Assembly: GCA_943354835.1 (NCBI GenBank) | Contig: CALRDH010000003.1 | Location: forward strand, 12,939-76,938 | Origin: a candidate division WWE3 bacterium | Lineage (GTDB): Bacteria > Patescibacteriota > WWE3 > 2-01-FULL-39-13 | Direction of reading: 5' to 3' | Length of the DNA stretch: 64,000 bases | Shown here: positions 1-10,599 of the stretch, one piece after another | Numbering within the stretch: the first letter of the stretch is position 1 | How the letters are laid out: every line of letters starts with the position of its first letter | Notes under the pieces: generated by a model | Told to the model about the DNA's origin: nothing | What the model saw: the letters and a program-made list of their open reading frames with translations, nothing else | Database searches by the model: none | Made by a program: the position numbers and the translations under genes

Positions 1-174
1 TTTTTAGAGTTCAAATACGTTGAGAATGGCTACGAAGAATTAGATGAAGATAAGCTACCGGTACTTCTAAACTTTAAATATCAGGCCATAGCGGATGCTG
101 TAAGAATTCTTGAAGGTGCGGAACGCATTAGAGATACATTTTTAGGATTCCGGAAAATTTTATACTCAGTTTGA
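1..174 (+). CDS. hsdR: Type I restriction enzyme R subunit, C-terminal end (EcoEI/EcoAI-type), partial at window edge
   Basis: Frame 1 reads FLEFKYVENGYEELDEDKLPVLLNFKYQAIADAVRILEGAERIRDTFLGFRKILYSV*, resembling the EcoEI_R_C tail (G.EEL...KLP.LL..KY..I.DA........IR..F.GFQ..LY). Confidence 0.75.
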   Translation, partial: FLEFKYVENGYEELDEDKLPVLLNFKYQAIADAVRILEGAERIRDTFLGFRKILYSV

Positions 175-184
175 TTAAAATTAT

Positions 185-904
185 ATGCGAGTAAGACCTA
201 TTTTTATTATTAGTTTATCGGGTTCTATAATACTACTTATTTCTGTTTGTATTTTGAACATGCAAATAGATTTTGGTGACAGGATACAGATATTAATGGT
301 TATAGCTACATTCTTAGCTGTTCTAATAGCATTGTTTCAAGAAAATATTAAAAGATATTTTGATATTGTTAGATTAACATTAGAAATAAATCTGACGCCA
401 CCAGATTGCCATCAAATAGACATAACGAATGAGATTAATGGACAATTTATATGTAAATGTATATACCTAAGAATTAGAGTGACAAATATAGGTGACATTA
501 CTGCAAGGAATATAGAAATACTGGCCTCCAATCTATGGAGGATAGAAAACAACACAAGAACTATTGTAAAAACATTTTTACCGATGAACCTTAGATGGAG
601 CCATACCCACCCAACTCAAGTAACCATGCCAACTAAATCATTTCGTTTTTGCGATCTTGGACCTGTAAGACTACTTAATAACAATGTAATCTTAAAGTTC
701 GATATGGAAACACAGCCGAATCCAGTATCTGGTGGTGTTTATCCAAATATAATATTTCCAGGAAAGTACATTCTCGAAATACTACTAAGCGGGGAAAATG
801 TATATCCAGAAATTACTCATTGGGAAATAGCAATACCTGATAAATGGTCCAATGATGAAGACACAATGCTGAAAGAAATTAAAATTAAAAAAAATAACAA
901 ATAA
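185..904 (+). CDS. Hypothetical protein, two N-terminal TM helices plus beta-rich soluble domain
   Basis: 239-aa ORF 10 bp after the hsdR stop; hydrophobic N-terminus. Confidence 0.7.
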   Translation: MRVRPIFIISLSGSIILLISVCILNMQIDFGDRIQILMVIATFLAVLIALFQENIKRYFDIVRLTLEINLTPPDCHQIDITNEINGQFICKCIYLRIRVTNIGDITARNIEILASNLWRIENNTRTIVKTFLPMNLRWSHTHPTQVTMPTKSFRFCDLGPVRLLNNNVILKFDMETQPNPVSGGVYPNIIFPGKYILEILLSGENVYPEITHWEIAIPDKWSNDEDTMLKEIKIKKNNK

Positions 905-1101
905 TTCAGTATCAATTAGGAATTATAAATAAACTAGAGTTTTAACTTTACACGCAATGGGTAGCTATGTGAAATGTATTATTAGTTCAATGGTTATAGA
1001 TATAAACAAAACGCGATTGAGGCGATATAAATAGCAAAATAGTTAACAATAGTTTGGATATGGTGGTCTTAGTTTTCTGGGGTTTTAGTTAGGTAGCCTC
1101 T

Positions 1102-1656
1102 ATGTATATCAAAAAAAACGAAGTTAATGAAGCCGAGAAATTTATTGATTCAGAGTTTGATCGTCTTATAAGTTGGTTAATTGGTGATATAAAGAGATGT
1201 TGTAGACTTACTGAGGATGGAACGTGTGATACAGGCGGGGCACTAGTAGACGCTTTTATTTTGTGGATAGTTGCAATTGACTTTTTCGGGGGTATATTTA
1301 CAAACTGCGTATTGCAGGGGGAAACCAAAAGGAGGTTCAAGGAATTTGTAACGAAATATATGCCTCAATATGATTATGAAAAATTATTAGATTTGCGTTG
1401 GTCATTGTTGCATTTTTATACCACAAGACACTACGCATTTCATCAAAACAATGATATAGGAATGTGCAGGAAGGTCCATTTATCAAGCTCTAGTAATGGA
1501 GTAGTTCTTGATTTAAGCTGTGCCATTTCTGATTTAGAAAATGCGACGGAGAAATATAAGGCGGACTTACATAACTCTGGTGAGCTTAAAGTTCGCTTGT
1601 TTAGATATTTTAAAGTTACAAATCCATTAGTCCCAATTAAGTTCGAATACAGATAA
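1102..1656 (+). CDS. Hypothetical helical protein with Rx4H (HEPN-like) motif
   Basis: 184 aa; LLDLRWSLLHFY contains R-x4-H; mostly helical. Confidence 0.55.
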   Translation: MYIKKNEVNEAEKFIDSEFDRLISWLIGDIKRCCRLTEDGTCDTGGALVDAFILWIVAIDFFGGIFTNCVLQGETKRRFKEFVTKYMPQYDYEKLLDLRWSLLHFYTTRHYAFHQNNDIGMCRKVHLSSSSNGVVLDLSCAISDLENATEKYKADLHNSGELKVRLFRYFKVTNPLVPIKFEYR

Positions 1657-1695
1657 CCTTAAAGCAATATAAAAACGAGGTTAATGAAATAGAGT

Positions 1696-3072
1696 TTAAT
1701 CTATAATTTTTGAGATGCTGTTGTTTGGTTTTCTGATTAGAGGCAAAGTGAACCAAAATGTACTACCTTTACCGATACCTTCAGAATTTGCACCAACTTC
1801 ACCACCCATAGCTTCTACTAAAAGTTTAACTATGTATAGGCCAAGACCTGTGCCTCCTGCTTCTGCAACTCCCTGAAGAGAGTTTTCTAATCTTTCAAAT
1901 TTGTGGAAAAGCTTTTTCAAGCTATCTTTCTCAATACCTTTCCCAGTATCAGATATAGAGATTTTTATATATTTATCATCTATATTTTCTGCTTTGACAG
2001 AAACTTCTCCGCTATCAGTATACTTGATCGAGTTTCCGACTAAATTAGTAATAATCTCACGAAGTTTATCAATATCGCCATATACAACATCGTTGGCATG
2101 GCATAAAGTTAGATTAAGTTTAAGACCTTTTTGGTCAACGGCTAGTTTAAAATCTGCAAGTATTTCGTTTATCAGATTACAAATTTTTATCTCCTCTTTT
2201 TTCAATTCTAACTTTTTACCGCTTTCAATCTTTGATACGTCTAACATCTCATTTACTAGCTTAAGCATTCTTTCAGTAGCTTGGCTGGATCTATTTATAT
2301 AATTTTTCTGATTCTCATTCAAATCGCCTGTTTTAGGATTTATAAGCATCCATAAATTGCTTTTAATAATACTCATTGGAGTTCTCAGCTCGTGTGAAGC
2401 AACCGATATAAAATCATCTTTAACTTTATTTAATTGAATTAGGTTTTTATTAGTTTGAGCTAGCTGTAATTTTTGTTCCTGTAAATCAGAATATAGCTTG
2501 GAATTTTTAACTGCCAAAGCCACTAGATCCGTAAAATGCTGTAATAATAATTTCTCTTCATCCGAAACTTCATCTTCTCTTTTTGTCATTGAAAATATCA
2601 TTACGCCGATTGGCTTTTCGCTTACATTTAAAGGGTAGACCATACTGGCTTTTATTCCTGCATTTTTTTGAGATTCTAAAGCATTCTCTGGAGTAACCGG
2701 AGGTGTTAGGATATCAGGAAAGTATGTAGTGATTTGAGGTTTGTTATCAATGATGGCTTTAACACAGAGATTTTCAGTTGCAGTCATTGGTGTAGCTATA
2801 TCTTCAAAACGAAGATTAGAGACTTCACGGGTTTTTCTTGCTTCTTCAGTTTGTGATAAGGCTGTTCTTCTTAAGACTTGTTTTTCTTCATCCAGTAAAA
2901 CCAAAACTACAACCTTATATCCACGTTCTAAATAGTTAAGTTCCGTCAGAATGCTGTCTACAACTTTTTGTATAACTTCTGTGTAATCCAAAGTATTGAG
3001 GATAGTCTTTTCTAGCTTCCAAAGTGATTCTAATGTCTTTACCTCTAATGCTATTTGTTCATTGCCTGACAT
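1696..3072 (-). CDS. GAF-domain sensor histidine kinase
   Basis: H-box ASHELRTP, N-box NLVGNSIKYT, G1 DTGKGI, G2 GGTGLGL; N-terminal GAF-like region; no TM. Confidence 0.95.
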   Translation of the reverse strand: MSGNEQIALEVKTLESLWKLEKTILNTLDYTEVIQKVVDSILTELNYLERGYKVVVLVLLDEEKQVLRRTALSQTEEARKTREVSNLRFEDIATPMTATENLCVKAIIDNKPQITTYFPDILTPPVTPENALESQKNAGIKASMVYPLNVSEKPIGVMIFSMTKREDEVSDEEKLLLQHFTDLVALAVKNSKLYSDLQEQKLQLAQTNKNLIQLNKVKDDFISVASHELRTPMSIIKSNLWMLINPKTGDLNENQKNYINRSSQATERMLKLVNEMLDVSKIESGKKLELKKEEIKICNLINEILADFKLAVDQKGLKLNLTLCHANDVVYGDIDKLREIITNLVGNSIKYTDSGEVSVKAENIDDKYIKISISDTGKGIEKDSLKKLFHKFERLENSLQGVAEAGGTGLGLYIVKLLVEAMGGEVGANSEGIGKGSTFWFTLPLIRKPNNSISKIID

Positions 3073-3084
3073 ATGTTGATGCTA

Positions 3085-3855
3085 TCATATTACCTCAAGG
3101 GTTTGATCAATCATATCTGCACCACTTCCGTGTCTGACTTTTCTAACGCCTTCAAGATCGAAATCATAGATGCTATAAGATCCACCACCACCACTTGTCT
3201 CCCTATTTACCTGGACAAATAGCTTACTTGTTGCAGAAAGGTTGTTAGCATCTTTTCGCTTAGTAATACTAGGCTTTCCACTTATATTGTAGCTTGTAAT
3301 CAGTATTTCTCCTCTTCCATCTGGATGTTTATCTTTTAATCTTTCACGAAGAGTTTTCTCAAATTTATAAGCAACTGGATCTCCATCAAAGGTAAAAGCT
3401 TGTAGTTTATGTCCTGGGCCGATCATTGTTGCGTCTAGTCCTACATTCTGCTTTACTGGAAACCTTAGAAAACCTTTATTCCCAAACAGATTATTAATTA
3501 ATTCCGGATTCTTAAAGAATTTGTGAAGATCTGGATGAATCTTATTCAAATCTGCAACTGCACACATGGATTCTGCTTCCATTAGAACCGCGAATGGCTT
3601 TTCTTCAGGTCGATGCTTAACATTTCTAGTAAGATGAATTGCATCTGTGTTACGAGCATCAGCAATTAGGGCATAAACCTCACCCATACACACTGCAACA
3701 GGTTTACCTTCTATCACTACTTGCCTTACTACAAATTCAATAGAAACATCATCCTTGACCATATCAAACTCTAAATAGCCAGGAAACTCGCCTATACTAT
3801 CCACCGGTATGAAGTTGCTTGGTTCTTGTGTAGAATTTTGATCCACAATCAACAC
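3085..3855 (-). CDS. Divergent Sua5/YrdC (TsaC-like) family protein
   Basis: EVYALIADARNTDAI..KHRPEEKP and ITSYNISGKPS resemble YrdC K.R...KP and TSAN.SG.P motifs; AGGAG just upstream of TTG start. Confidence 0.65.
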   Translation of the reverse strand: MLIVDQNSTQEPSNFIPVDSIGEFPGYLEFDMVKDDVSIEFVVRQVVIEGKPVAVCMGEVYALIADARNTDAIHLTRNVKHRPEEKPFAVLMEAESMCAVADLNKIHPDLHKFFKNPELINNLFGNKGFLRFPVKQNVGLDATMIGPGHKLQAFTFDGDPVAYKFEKTLRERLKDKHPDGRGEILITSYNISGKPSITKRKDANNLSATSKLFVQVNRETSGGGGSYSIYDFDLEGVRKVRHGSGADMIDQTLEVI

Positions 3856-3945
3856 TCCTATTAATGGGAAAACTTAACACTACTCTCAAGTAAATGAGTA
3901 TAACTTATCTAAAAATGCTAGGCAATCTTAATATCTAGCTTAGGT

Positions 3946-4344
3946 TTACAAAGCTTTTAAGGCGGCTTCAGCACAAGCAACGTCTTGGCTTACGTCATGT
4001 GAGCCACCAACGCCTACCCCTCCTACTAAATTTCCGTTTTCCATAATAGGTAAACCACCTGCAATAGTTGTAAATGCTCCAGCTGATAGGTCTGAAACGC
4101 CATAGTACGGTTTTCCGGGTTCTGCATATTGAGCAATGCCTGCTGTTGGAAGTCCGATTGTTCCTGATGTATAAGCTTTAGGCCATGCAAATAACGGGCT
4201 AACAGATAATGCCCCATCCATACGGCTAGCCACGATTAGTAATCCCTTGTCATCTACCACATAGGTTGTAACAGTAACGCCCAATTCTTTTGCTTTTGCT
4301 TCTGAAGCTTCGATCATTTTTCTTGCTTTTTCAAGTGTAATCAT
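3946..4344 (-). CDS. GlcG/HbpS family heme-binding protein
   Basis: [33 protein letters not shown]; SD-like GGTGGTG upstream. Confidence 0.9.
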   Translation of the reverse strand: MITLEKARKMIEASEAKAKELGVTVTTYVVDDKGLLIVASRMDGALSVSPLFAWPKAYTSGTIGLPTAGIAQYAEPGKPYYGVSDLSAGAFTTIAGGLPIMENGNLVGGVGVGGSHDVSQDVACAEAALKAL

Positions 4345-4611
4345 AATTTTAATTCACCACCTTTAAGTTCTTTTCAAAATTTCCACTTTTACTAACACAT
4401 CATTGTGTTTTTAAGCTTTATCTATAAAGATTATAGAATAAAGATGATTAGCTTACAAAGACTTATAATTCCGAAACATCATTTCGGTGGGTTCTAATTA
4501 AATTAGCCGGTTTTTTGGCGAGATCATCATTACTATGGGCCATATCATGTTATAATTCTATTAACGTTAATCAAGAGTTCGTATTAATTGAATGATTATT
4601 AGTTAATCAAT

Positions 4612-5781
4612 ATGCTTATTGAAAATTCACTTATTTCAGCTGACTCCATAAACAACTCACCTCCACTAGCCGAACCTACGCATTATTCATTAAATGGAGC
4701 CACACCCATACTAGAAATCATAGAACAGCAGGCTGTCAGACCACCTGGCGGTGATCACTATATCGGAGGTTTTTACTCCGCAATATCGGCATTAACAAGA
4801 GGAGGAAATAATCGGATTGTCGATCTTTTACAGCAAGTATACGAAATTAGACCAATGACTCCAGAACACCACACTAACCTATTATTTAGAGCAGTACAAT
4901 CAGTGTTTATGAAAGAACCTGGATACCCAAATAGATATACAACTTCTCAAAAATGGATACAGTCATTGATAGATTTGGTAAATGACGAAGAAATGTTCGA
5001 AGCTGTAAGAGAGGCCCTACTAACTAAAGACACTACTACAACAGTTTATCAGCGCTATGCAGGTGAAAGAGCTTTAATGACAGCAATAACCAGAGGGAAA
5101 CCTACTAAAGCCGTGGATTTAGGTTGTGGTGGGAATTATGGATTACCCGGAATGAGCATAGGAGAAGAATTTAAACCAATCAACGATAATACTCCCAACC
5201 ATATTCTGAATCGCTTACTATCTGATCCATTTTCATTAGAAGAAGGGCTTGCTATTGATAGAGAAGACCCATATAACTTAGACGCTATTAACTGGAGACA
5301 TTCATGTGGTTTCTATCCTACCGAGCTTGAGAGTGGAGGACTTCAAGAAGTTTTAGTATTAGAAGAAAGATTATCCGTAGATAAAGCAGTTAGGTTTTAC
5401 CAAGGTGATCTACTCGCATTACCAATAGGAAGTGAACTATCAGAGGCTTATTATGATTTTGTGTTAATAAATACAATGCTTTATCAATTACAATCGGAGC
5501 TTCAGGCTAAAGTTATCCAAAATGCACGTAAATTATTAAAACCAAATGGTAAGCTTTTCATACAAGACTTTGCATTCAAAGATACAAGCAGTACAACTAA
5601 ACTTTGCTTTGAAGGCGTTGAATGGGGAGTAAAAGGAAACTACAGATTATTTGCAACTGGTGCATCTAATGATGATGAAATGTTCGAGGTTTTTAAATGG
5701 AATAACGGTCGTTGCCGACAAGTTGCAGAAGGGGAAGATTTCCAACGATTTTTTAGTTCTATCGGATATAACCTCAACTAG
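4612..5781 (+). CDS. SAM-dependent methyltransferase-fold protein (DUF2332-like)
   Basis: Motif I VDLGCGG; AIDREDP..AINW, FYQGDLL, NTMLYQL, LLKPNGKLFI. Confidence 0.65.
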   Translation: MLIENSLISADSINNSPPLAEPTHYSLNGATPILEIIEQQAVRPPGGDHYIGGFYSAISALTRGGNNRIVDLLQQVYEIRPMTPEHHTNLLFRAVQSVFMKEPGYPNRYTTSQKWIQSLIDLVNDEEMFEAVREALLTKDTTTTVYQRYAGERALMTAITRGKPTKAVDLGCGGNYGLPGMSIGEEFKPINDNTPNHILNRLLSDPFSLEEGLAIDREDPYNLDAINWRHSCGFYPTELESGGLQEVLVLEERLSVDKAVRFYQGDLLALPIGSELSEAYYDFVLINTMLYQLQSELQAKVIQNARKLLKPNGKLFIQDFAFKDTSSTTKLCFEGVEWGVKGNYRLFATGASNDDEMFEVFKWNNGRCRQVAEGEDFQRFFSSIGYNLN

Positions 5782-5845
5782 GTTAGTGTTTTACTGGCGT
5801 AATGCATAAGCATTTTTCCCTTGTTTCCATGATAAACTATCGCCA

Positions 5846-6352
5846 ATGAAATTCAGCACATACTTTGTCAAAGATAAGTATATAAGTGCAAAAACGGTTT
5901 TTGTACCGAGCAATTCGTTTCCGTTTGGAATTCCGATAACCACTCCATTCACTTTTCCTATTTATCAGCACAAGTACCTTTTAGCTCTAGACAAAAATAA
6001 CTGGTGGAATCCACTTGGCGGGCATATGAATGAAAGTGAAGACTGGATAAGTTGTGTAAAACGCGAAGCATTGGAAGAAGGCGGGGTGGTGATAGATAAC
6101 GTAGAAATGTTTGGTTATGTTCTATCTGAAATAATTTTTGACGAGTATAATAAATACCCAACAAAGGGCATTTTGCCAATTACGCATTCACGAGTAAAGA
6201 TGTATAAAGAAAATTGGCAAAAGTTTGAAACGAAAGACAGAAAACTTTTTACAGCTGACGAAGCAAAAGGTGCTTTGCTAAAAAGAGATGATAATAAACA
6301 AATGTATGAGGTTTTTGAATATTTAGAAAAATTATTAAAATTGTATGTATAA
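5846..6352 (+). CDS. NUDIX hydrolase
   Basis: Nudix box GGHMNESEDWISCVKREALEEGG. Confidence 0.9.
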   Translation: MKFSTYFVKDKYISAKTVFVPSNSFPFGIPITTPFTFPIYQHKYLLALDKNNWWNPLGGHMNESEDWISCVKREALEEGGVVIDNVEMFGYVLSEIIFDEYNKYPTKGILPITHSRVKMYKENWQKFETKDRKLFTADEAKGALLKRDDNKQMYEVFEYLEKLLKLYV

Positions 6353-7919
6353 ATATTTTTGCAGAATTCCAAATAAAAAAGAGAGAATAAAAATCATTCG
6401 TGTTCTTTCTCTTGAGCTAGGGATACCGGAAATAAAAAGGAAGTTAAGTGTTTATGCTTATCATCCTAATGGAGATGAGGCACATATCTCTTTTGAAGAT
6501 AAGAACATATTTTTGAAATTTTCTTTAAAGAAGAATGAGAAAGAAGCAAAAAGCCCAAATGATAAAATTGAACTAAAAAACAAAAATGTTAAACTTATCT
6601 TTAAGTACATTGCTAGTTTAGGTTTTGAATCTGCGGTTATCGGGAAAATAATAAGGCTAAAGTTTACACATGAACAATATGGAAATACGACCTTTAGTTA
6701 CGATACTTTTATCGGAGATATATTAAATGTTGAAACTGTAGATAAAAACCTTTTTAAAAAGGTTGATAATCTTTTAAAGGCCCTTGGACATACGCTAATA
6801 AATAGTGAAGACAGGTCAACTTTAACGAAAGAAGTTGATAAAAGTTTAGAGCCGATAATAGATAAATACGGTGTGCTAAACTTCAAAATTACTGAATACG
6901 GTGATTCGGTTGCATTGGACTTAAAATCAAGTTCGGATTCGATTTCATCCAGAATCGGGAATTTTTCAAATGATTATTCATTTCATGAAAAGCCGTACTC
7001 GGATGTTGTAGACAAAGAATTACTTTCCACAGACAGCATCGCTGAGAAAAAACTTTTCACTCCGGTTTCCGTTGTTATTCCTTCTTATAACTCTGGCGAG
7101 ACTGTAGGGAAAACACTTCTATCTATAAACTCTCAAGATTTAACGGATGACCAGATGAAAATGGTAGATGTAATTGTCGTTGATGATGGATCTAAAGTAG
7201 CAGTCAAGGAATCGATCTCACATATTTTTGGAAAATTAAGATTTAAATGTACCGTGATTAGGTTAGAGCAAAATTTGGGGCTTTCTAGCGCTCGTAACAT
7301 AGGAATAAGTGCGTCGGCTGCTCAAAATATAATTTTTATTGATTCGGATGTATTACTTAGCAAAAACTATTTGCGGGAGCATGCTGTTAGGTTAAGTCTA
7401 ATACCGAATGCGGTGTTTGTAAGCTTTAAAAAAAATATTGAGAAAACTGATTCGATAGCAAAGGACTTAATTATTCAAAATGGGCTTGAGGTCCCTGATA
7501 CGTTTAATGATTTAAGGGTTCAGAGACTTATTAATAAGGATAGCCTTGGGTTAAAAGATGTTTTGGAGGATACGTATGTAGAGATATTATGTGATTCTGA
7601 CTATTTCAAAAAATTTGGATACGGAAGATTCATAGGGATATATGATCTTCCAGCCATGGTCATTGGACATAATTTTAGTTTGAGACGAAAAATAGTAGAA
7701 GATACTAATTATTTTTCAAAAAACTTTGTTGGATGGGGACTTGAAGATACATACTTTGGTGCACGTGTGATTGCAAATGGGAATTTTGTTATACCCATTA
7801 TATCAACTGGTGTTTATCATATAAATCATGCTCCACGTTCAGGTTCTGAAGAAAAAAAACACCAAGAACTTATCAAAAACTTATCCACGTATCAACATCT
7901 ATTAAAAAGAGAGTTATGA
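6345..7919 (+). CDS. Glycosyltransferase family 2 with degenerate N-terminal CYTH-like domain
   Basis: SVVIPSYN, VVDDGS, ARNIG, FIDSD, GWGLEDT; N-terminal LGF...KIIRLKF..FSYDTFIGDILNVE resembles the CYTH fold. Confidence 0.85.
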   Translation: MYKYFCRIPNKKERIKIIRVLSLELGIPEIKRKLSVYAYHPNGDEAHISFEDKNIFLKFSLKKNEKEAKSPNDKIELKNKNVKLIFKYIASLGFESAVIGKIIRLKFTHEQYGNTTFSYDTFIGDILNVETVDKNLFKKVDNLLKALGHTLINSEDRSTLTKEVDKSLEPIIDKYGVLNFKITEYGDSVALDLKSSSDSISSRIGNFSNDYSFHEKPYSDVVDKELLSTDSIAEKKLFTPVSVVIPSYNSGETVGKTLLSINSQDLTDDQMKMVDVIVVDDGSKVAVKESISHIFGKLRFKCTVIRLEQNLGLSSARNIGISASAAQNIIFIDSDVLLSKNYLREHAVRLSLIPNAVFVSFKKNIEKTDSIAKDLIIQNGLEVPDTFNDLRVQRLINKDSLGLKDVLEDTYVEILCDSDYFKKFGYGRFIGIYDLPAMVIGHNFSLRRKIVEDTNYFSKNFVGWGLEDTYFGARVIANGNFVIPIISTGVYHINHAPRSGSEEKKHQELIKNLSTYQHLLKREL

Positions 7920-7929
7920 GAAAAACACA

Positions 7930-9045
7930 ATGAAAATTGCAATTTATATACCAACGGCAAGCTTTTTTGTTGGCGGTGGGGAAGTAGTACCTTTGATGCA
8001 AGCCCAATATTTAAAGAATCTTGTAGACAGTGTAGATCTTATAACTCTTAAAACAGAAAAAAGAACCGATATATTTAATACATTTATAAAAAAGAATCCA
8101 GAAATAAACATTATATATGTTGACACACCTAGGAATTTTGAACAATTTGATAGAAAAGAGGTAACTCATAAACTAGGTCATGAAATGTATTTAGCCCTAT
8201 CAAGAGATCTTCAGGACATATTTTTCAAAAATAAATATGACTTTGTAATCACGCACTATGCACCTGCCGTGTTTTCGATTCCTGCAAATACGTACCAGGT
8301 TTTACTTCTTCATGGTGTACCAAAAGAAGCTGAGCAAATTAATCAAATAGCAGTAAATTCTGCAGACATGTTAATAGCCGTAAGTGAGTCAGTTAAGGAA
8401 GGATGGGAGAAACTTTTTACTATAAATAATGAAATAAATGTAATCCATAACGGTGTTGATACAAGAAGATTTGCTCCAGCTAACATTGAACAGGATATTG
8501 ATATTTTGTATGTTGGCAGACTAATTGAAATTAAAGGGGTACAGCATTTGATAAAAGCGATTCATTTGTTATCTAAAAAGCATAAGCTAAATATTTTAAT
8601 TGGTGGCGAGGGGCCTTATAAAGAATATCTGATGAGTGAAGTCAGGAACTTTGGGCTAGAAGATGCCGTTAAATTTGGGGGGTATATACCAGATGATGAA
8701 TTGTTAAATGTATATCAAAGAAGCAAGGTATGCATTTTCCCTTCGTATGAAAAGGAGGGCGTATTAACAACATTACTTGAAGCCTCATCTTGCGGAAAAG
8801 CTGTAATAACAAGTAACTGTTGTGGCATGATAGATTTAGTGAAAGATAATTATAATGGTCTTTTATTTGAGCCTAGAAATTATAAAGATTTGGCCGATAA
8901 GATAGAAAAAGTATATCTATCAAGTGAATTAAGAAACTTTCTAGGAAATAATGCTCGTAATGAGGTTGTTAAAAGCTGGAGCTGGGAAAAATCTGCATCT
9001 AGTCTACTGGATATAATTAATAAAAATTTCTATGCTACAAATTAA
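7930..9045 (+). CDS. Glycosyltransferase family 4
   Basis: GGGE, IHNGVD, YVGRLIEIKG, EGVLTTLLEA. Confidence 0.92.
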   Translation: MKIAIYIPTASFFVGGGEVVPLMQAQYLKNLVDSVDLITLKTEKRTDIFNTFIKKNPEINIIYVDTPRNFEQFDRKEVTHKLGHEMYLALSRDLQDIFFKNKYDFVITHYAPAVFSIPANTYQVLLLHGVPKEAEQINQIAVNSADMLIAVSESVKEGWEKLFTINNEINVIHNGVDTRRFAPANIEQDIDILYVGRLIEIKGVQHLIKAIHLLSKKHKLNILIGGEGPYKEYLMSEVRNFGLEDAVKFGGYIPDDELLNVYQRSKVCIFPSYEKEGVLTTLLEASSCGKAVITSNCCGMIDLVKDNYNGLLFEPRNYKDLADKIEKVYLSSELRNFLGNNARNEVVKSWSWEKSASSLLDIINKNFYATN

Positions 9046-9895
9046 TTCAGCAAAACAAAAGATAATACTTGATGCGAGTGAACGTATCATTAACGATTTT
9101 GTTAAACTCGATTTTGTAAAAGAATATATACCATGTATAAGTTTTTCTGCTATCAACGATAATATTGGGAATGTATTTACCTTCAACTTAATAGATGATA
9201 AAGAGGTTGGGTTCATTTTTTCAGAAAAAGGTGCTGTACTAAAGTATCCGCATAAAGAACTGGGATTGATGAATGACTTGGTTACAGTAATTGATTATTG
9301 TTTTGAGTATATAAGGAACATCGAGGATATTCATTGTGTTCACGGAAGTTCCTCTGCATTTGGAAATAAAGGAGTTGTGCTTATTGGTGCAGCAAGTGGA
9401 ATTGGAAAAAGCACAGTAAATTATCATCTAATCAAAAATGGTTTTACTTTTGTGAGCGATGAAAAAACATTGATTGATGGTAAAAACATAATCGGGGGTA
9501 ACACAAAGATTTCCTTTAACAAAGATTTAATAAAGAAGAATCATGATCAGGAATTAATTAATACTTTAATAAAAAGGTCTAATTTTATTGCAGATATACC
9601 AATAAAGCTTTTTGTTCAACCAGTAACAAATAAAAACGGTGATTTATATATTGATAAATGGGAACCTTTAAAGGCAGAATTTCACGTCTATGAAGAGTTA
9701 AGTAGAAAGATTCGAGGGATATCAAGAAGAATCTATAAATTCACATATCCACTTAATTCTATAGATACTCAATCACTCGCTGATGCAAGATCGATTAAGG
9801 CGAAGAGGATTTCAACAGAGATCCCTTTTTATGCTATTTATGGAGATCCGGAAGATGTTGCTGGTGAAATAGTGAATATATTAAGGAACTTGTAA
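9032..9895 (+). CDS. HPr kinase-like P-loop protein
   Basis: VHGSS..GVVLIGAASGIGKST..FVSDE pattern of the HPrK/PEPCK-like kinase fold. Confidence 0.75.
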   Translation: MLQINSAKQKIILDASERIINDFVKLDFVKEYIPCISFSAINDNIGNVFTFNLIDDKEVGFIFSEKGAVLKYPHKELGLMNDLVTVIDYCFEYIRNIEDIHCVHGSSSAFGNKGVVLIGAASGIGKSTVNYHLIKNGFTFVSDEKTLIDGKNIIGGNTKISFNKDLIKKNHDQELINTLIKRSNFIADIPIKLFVQPVTNKNGDLYIDKWEPLKAEFHVYEELSRKIRGISRRIYKFTYPLNSIDTQSLADARSIKAKRISTEIPFYAIYGDPEDVAGEIVNILRNL

Positions 9896-9897
9896 CT

Positions 9898-10599
9898 ATG
9901 GATTACATTAATGAATATATAGAAAAAAATCCTAATATGCATCTTGAACATTCAAATGATAAAGTCATTCAGCTATTGGCTGTATTGCCAAAGAATAAGA
10001 GATATAACCGAATACTAGATGTAGCTTGTGGGGCAGGTGCTATAACACTTGCGTTTGCGAAATCACTTGTCCCTAAATATATAGAAGGTATAGATATATC
10101 TCCAACAATGATAAATAAAGCTATACAGCTTGATAAAGAAGAAAAGGTTATATGGAAAATAATGGATATATTTCAATACCCAACGATACCAGAAAGATAT
10201 GATTTGATAGTATGTGCAGATATTGTAGAGCATTTGCATGACGACGCAAAATTTTTTGAGAAATTAAAAATATTAGGGAAGGCAGTAGTGATAAAAGTGC
10301 CATTGGAGGATTCCATTGTAACTAAAATAATCAGATACACGAAGATTTCGGATCCTTGGAAAGATACCGAGATAAGGTATGGCCATATTCACCATTACAG
10401 TGTGGATACCCTAGATCGAGTAATTATAAATTCTGGGCTGGGGATTAAAAATGTTGGTTATGCATATATGCCAAAAAGAACGAAACTGTTGTGGGAATTT
10501 TTAAGAATATTTTGTTATCCACTGATTATTTTAGGAAAGAGAAATCTTGTCAGAATAGTAGGTGGATTTAAAATTTACTATTTAGAAAGCACTGATTAA
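9898..10599 (+). CDS. Class I SAM-dependent methyltransferase
   Basis: ILDVACGAG, GIDIS, DIVEHL. Confidence 0.9.
   Translation: MDYINEYIEKNPNMHLEHSNDKVIQLLAVLPKNKRYNRILDVACGAGAITLAFAKSLVPKYIEGIDISPTMINKAIQLDKEEKVIWKIMDIFQYPTIPERYDLIVCADIVEHLHDDAKFFEKLKILGKAVVIKVPLEDSIVTKIIRYTKISDPWKDTEIRYGHIHHYSVDTLDRVIINSGLGIKNVGYAYMPKRTKLLWEFLRIFCYPLIILGKRNLVRIVGGFKIYYLESTD

Noticed and set aside
4465-4530. Short hairpins (CCGAAA/TTTCGG, CTAATT/AATTAG) and antisense NLIRTH as ncRNA or another att tail
   Set aside because: Stems are short and there is no tRNA-like core; not distinguishable from chance
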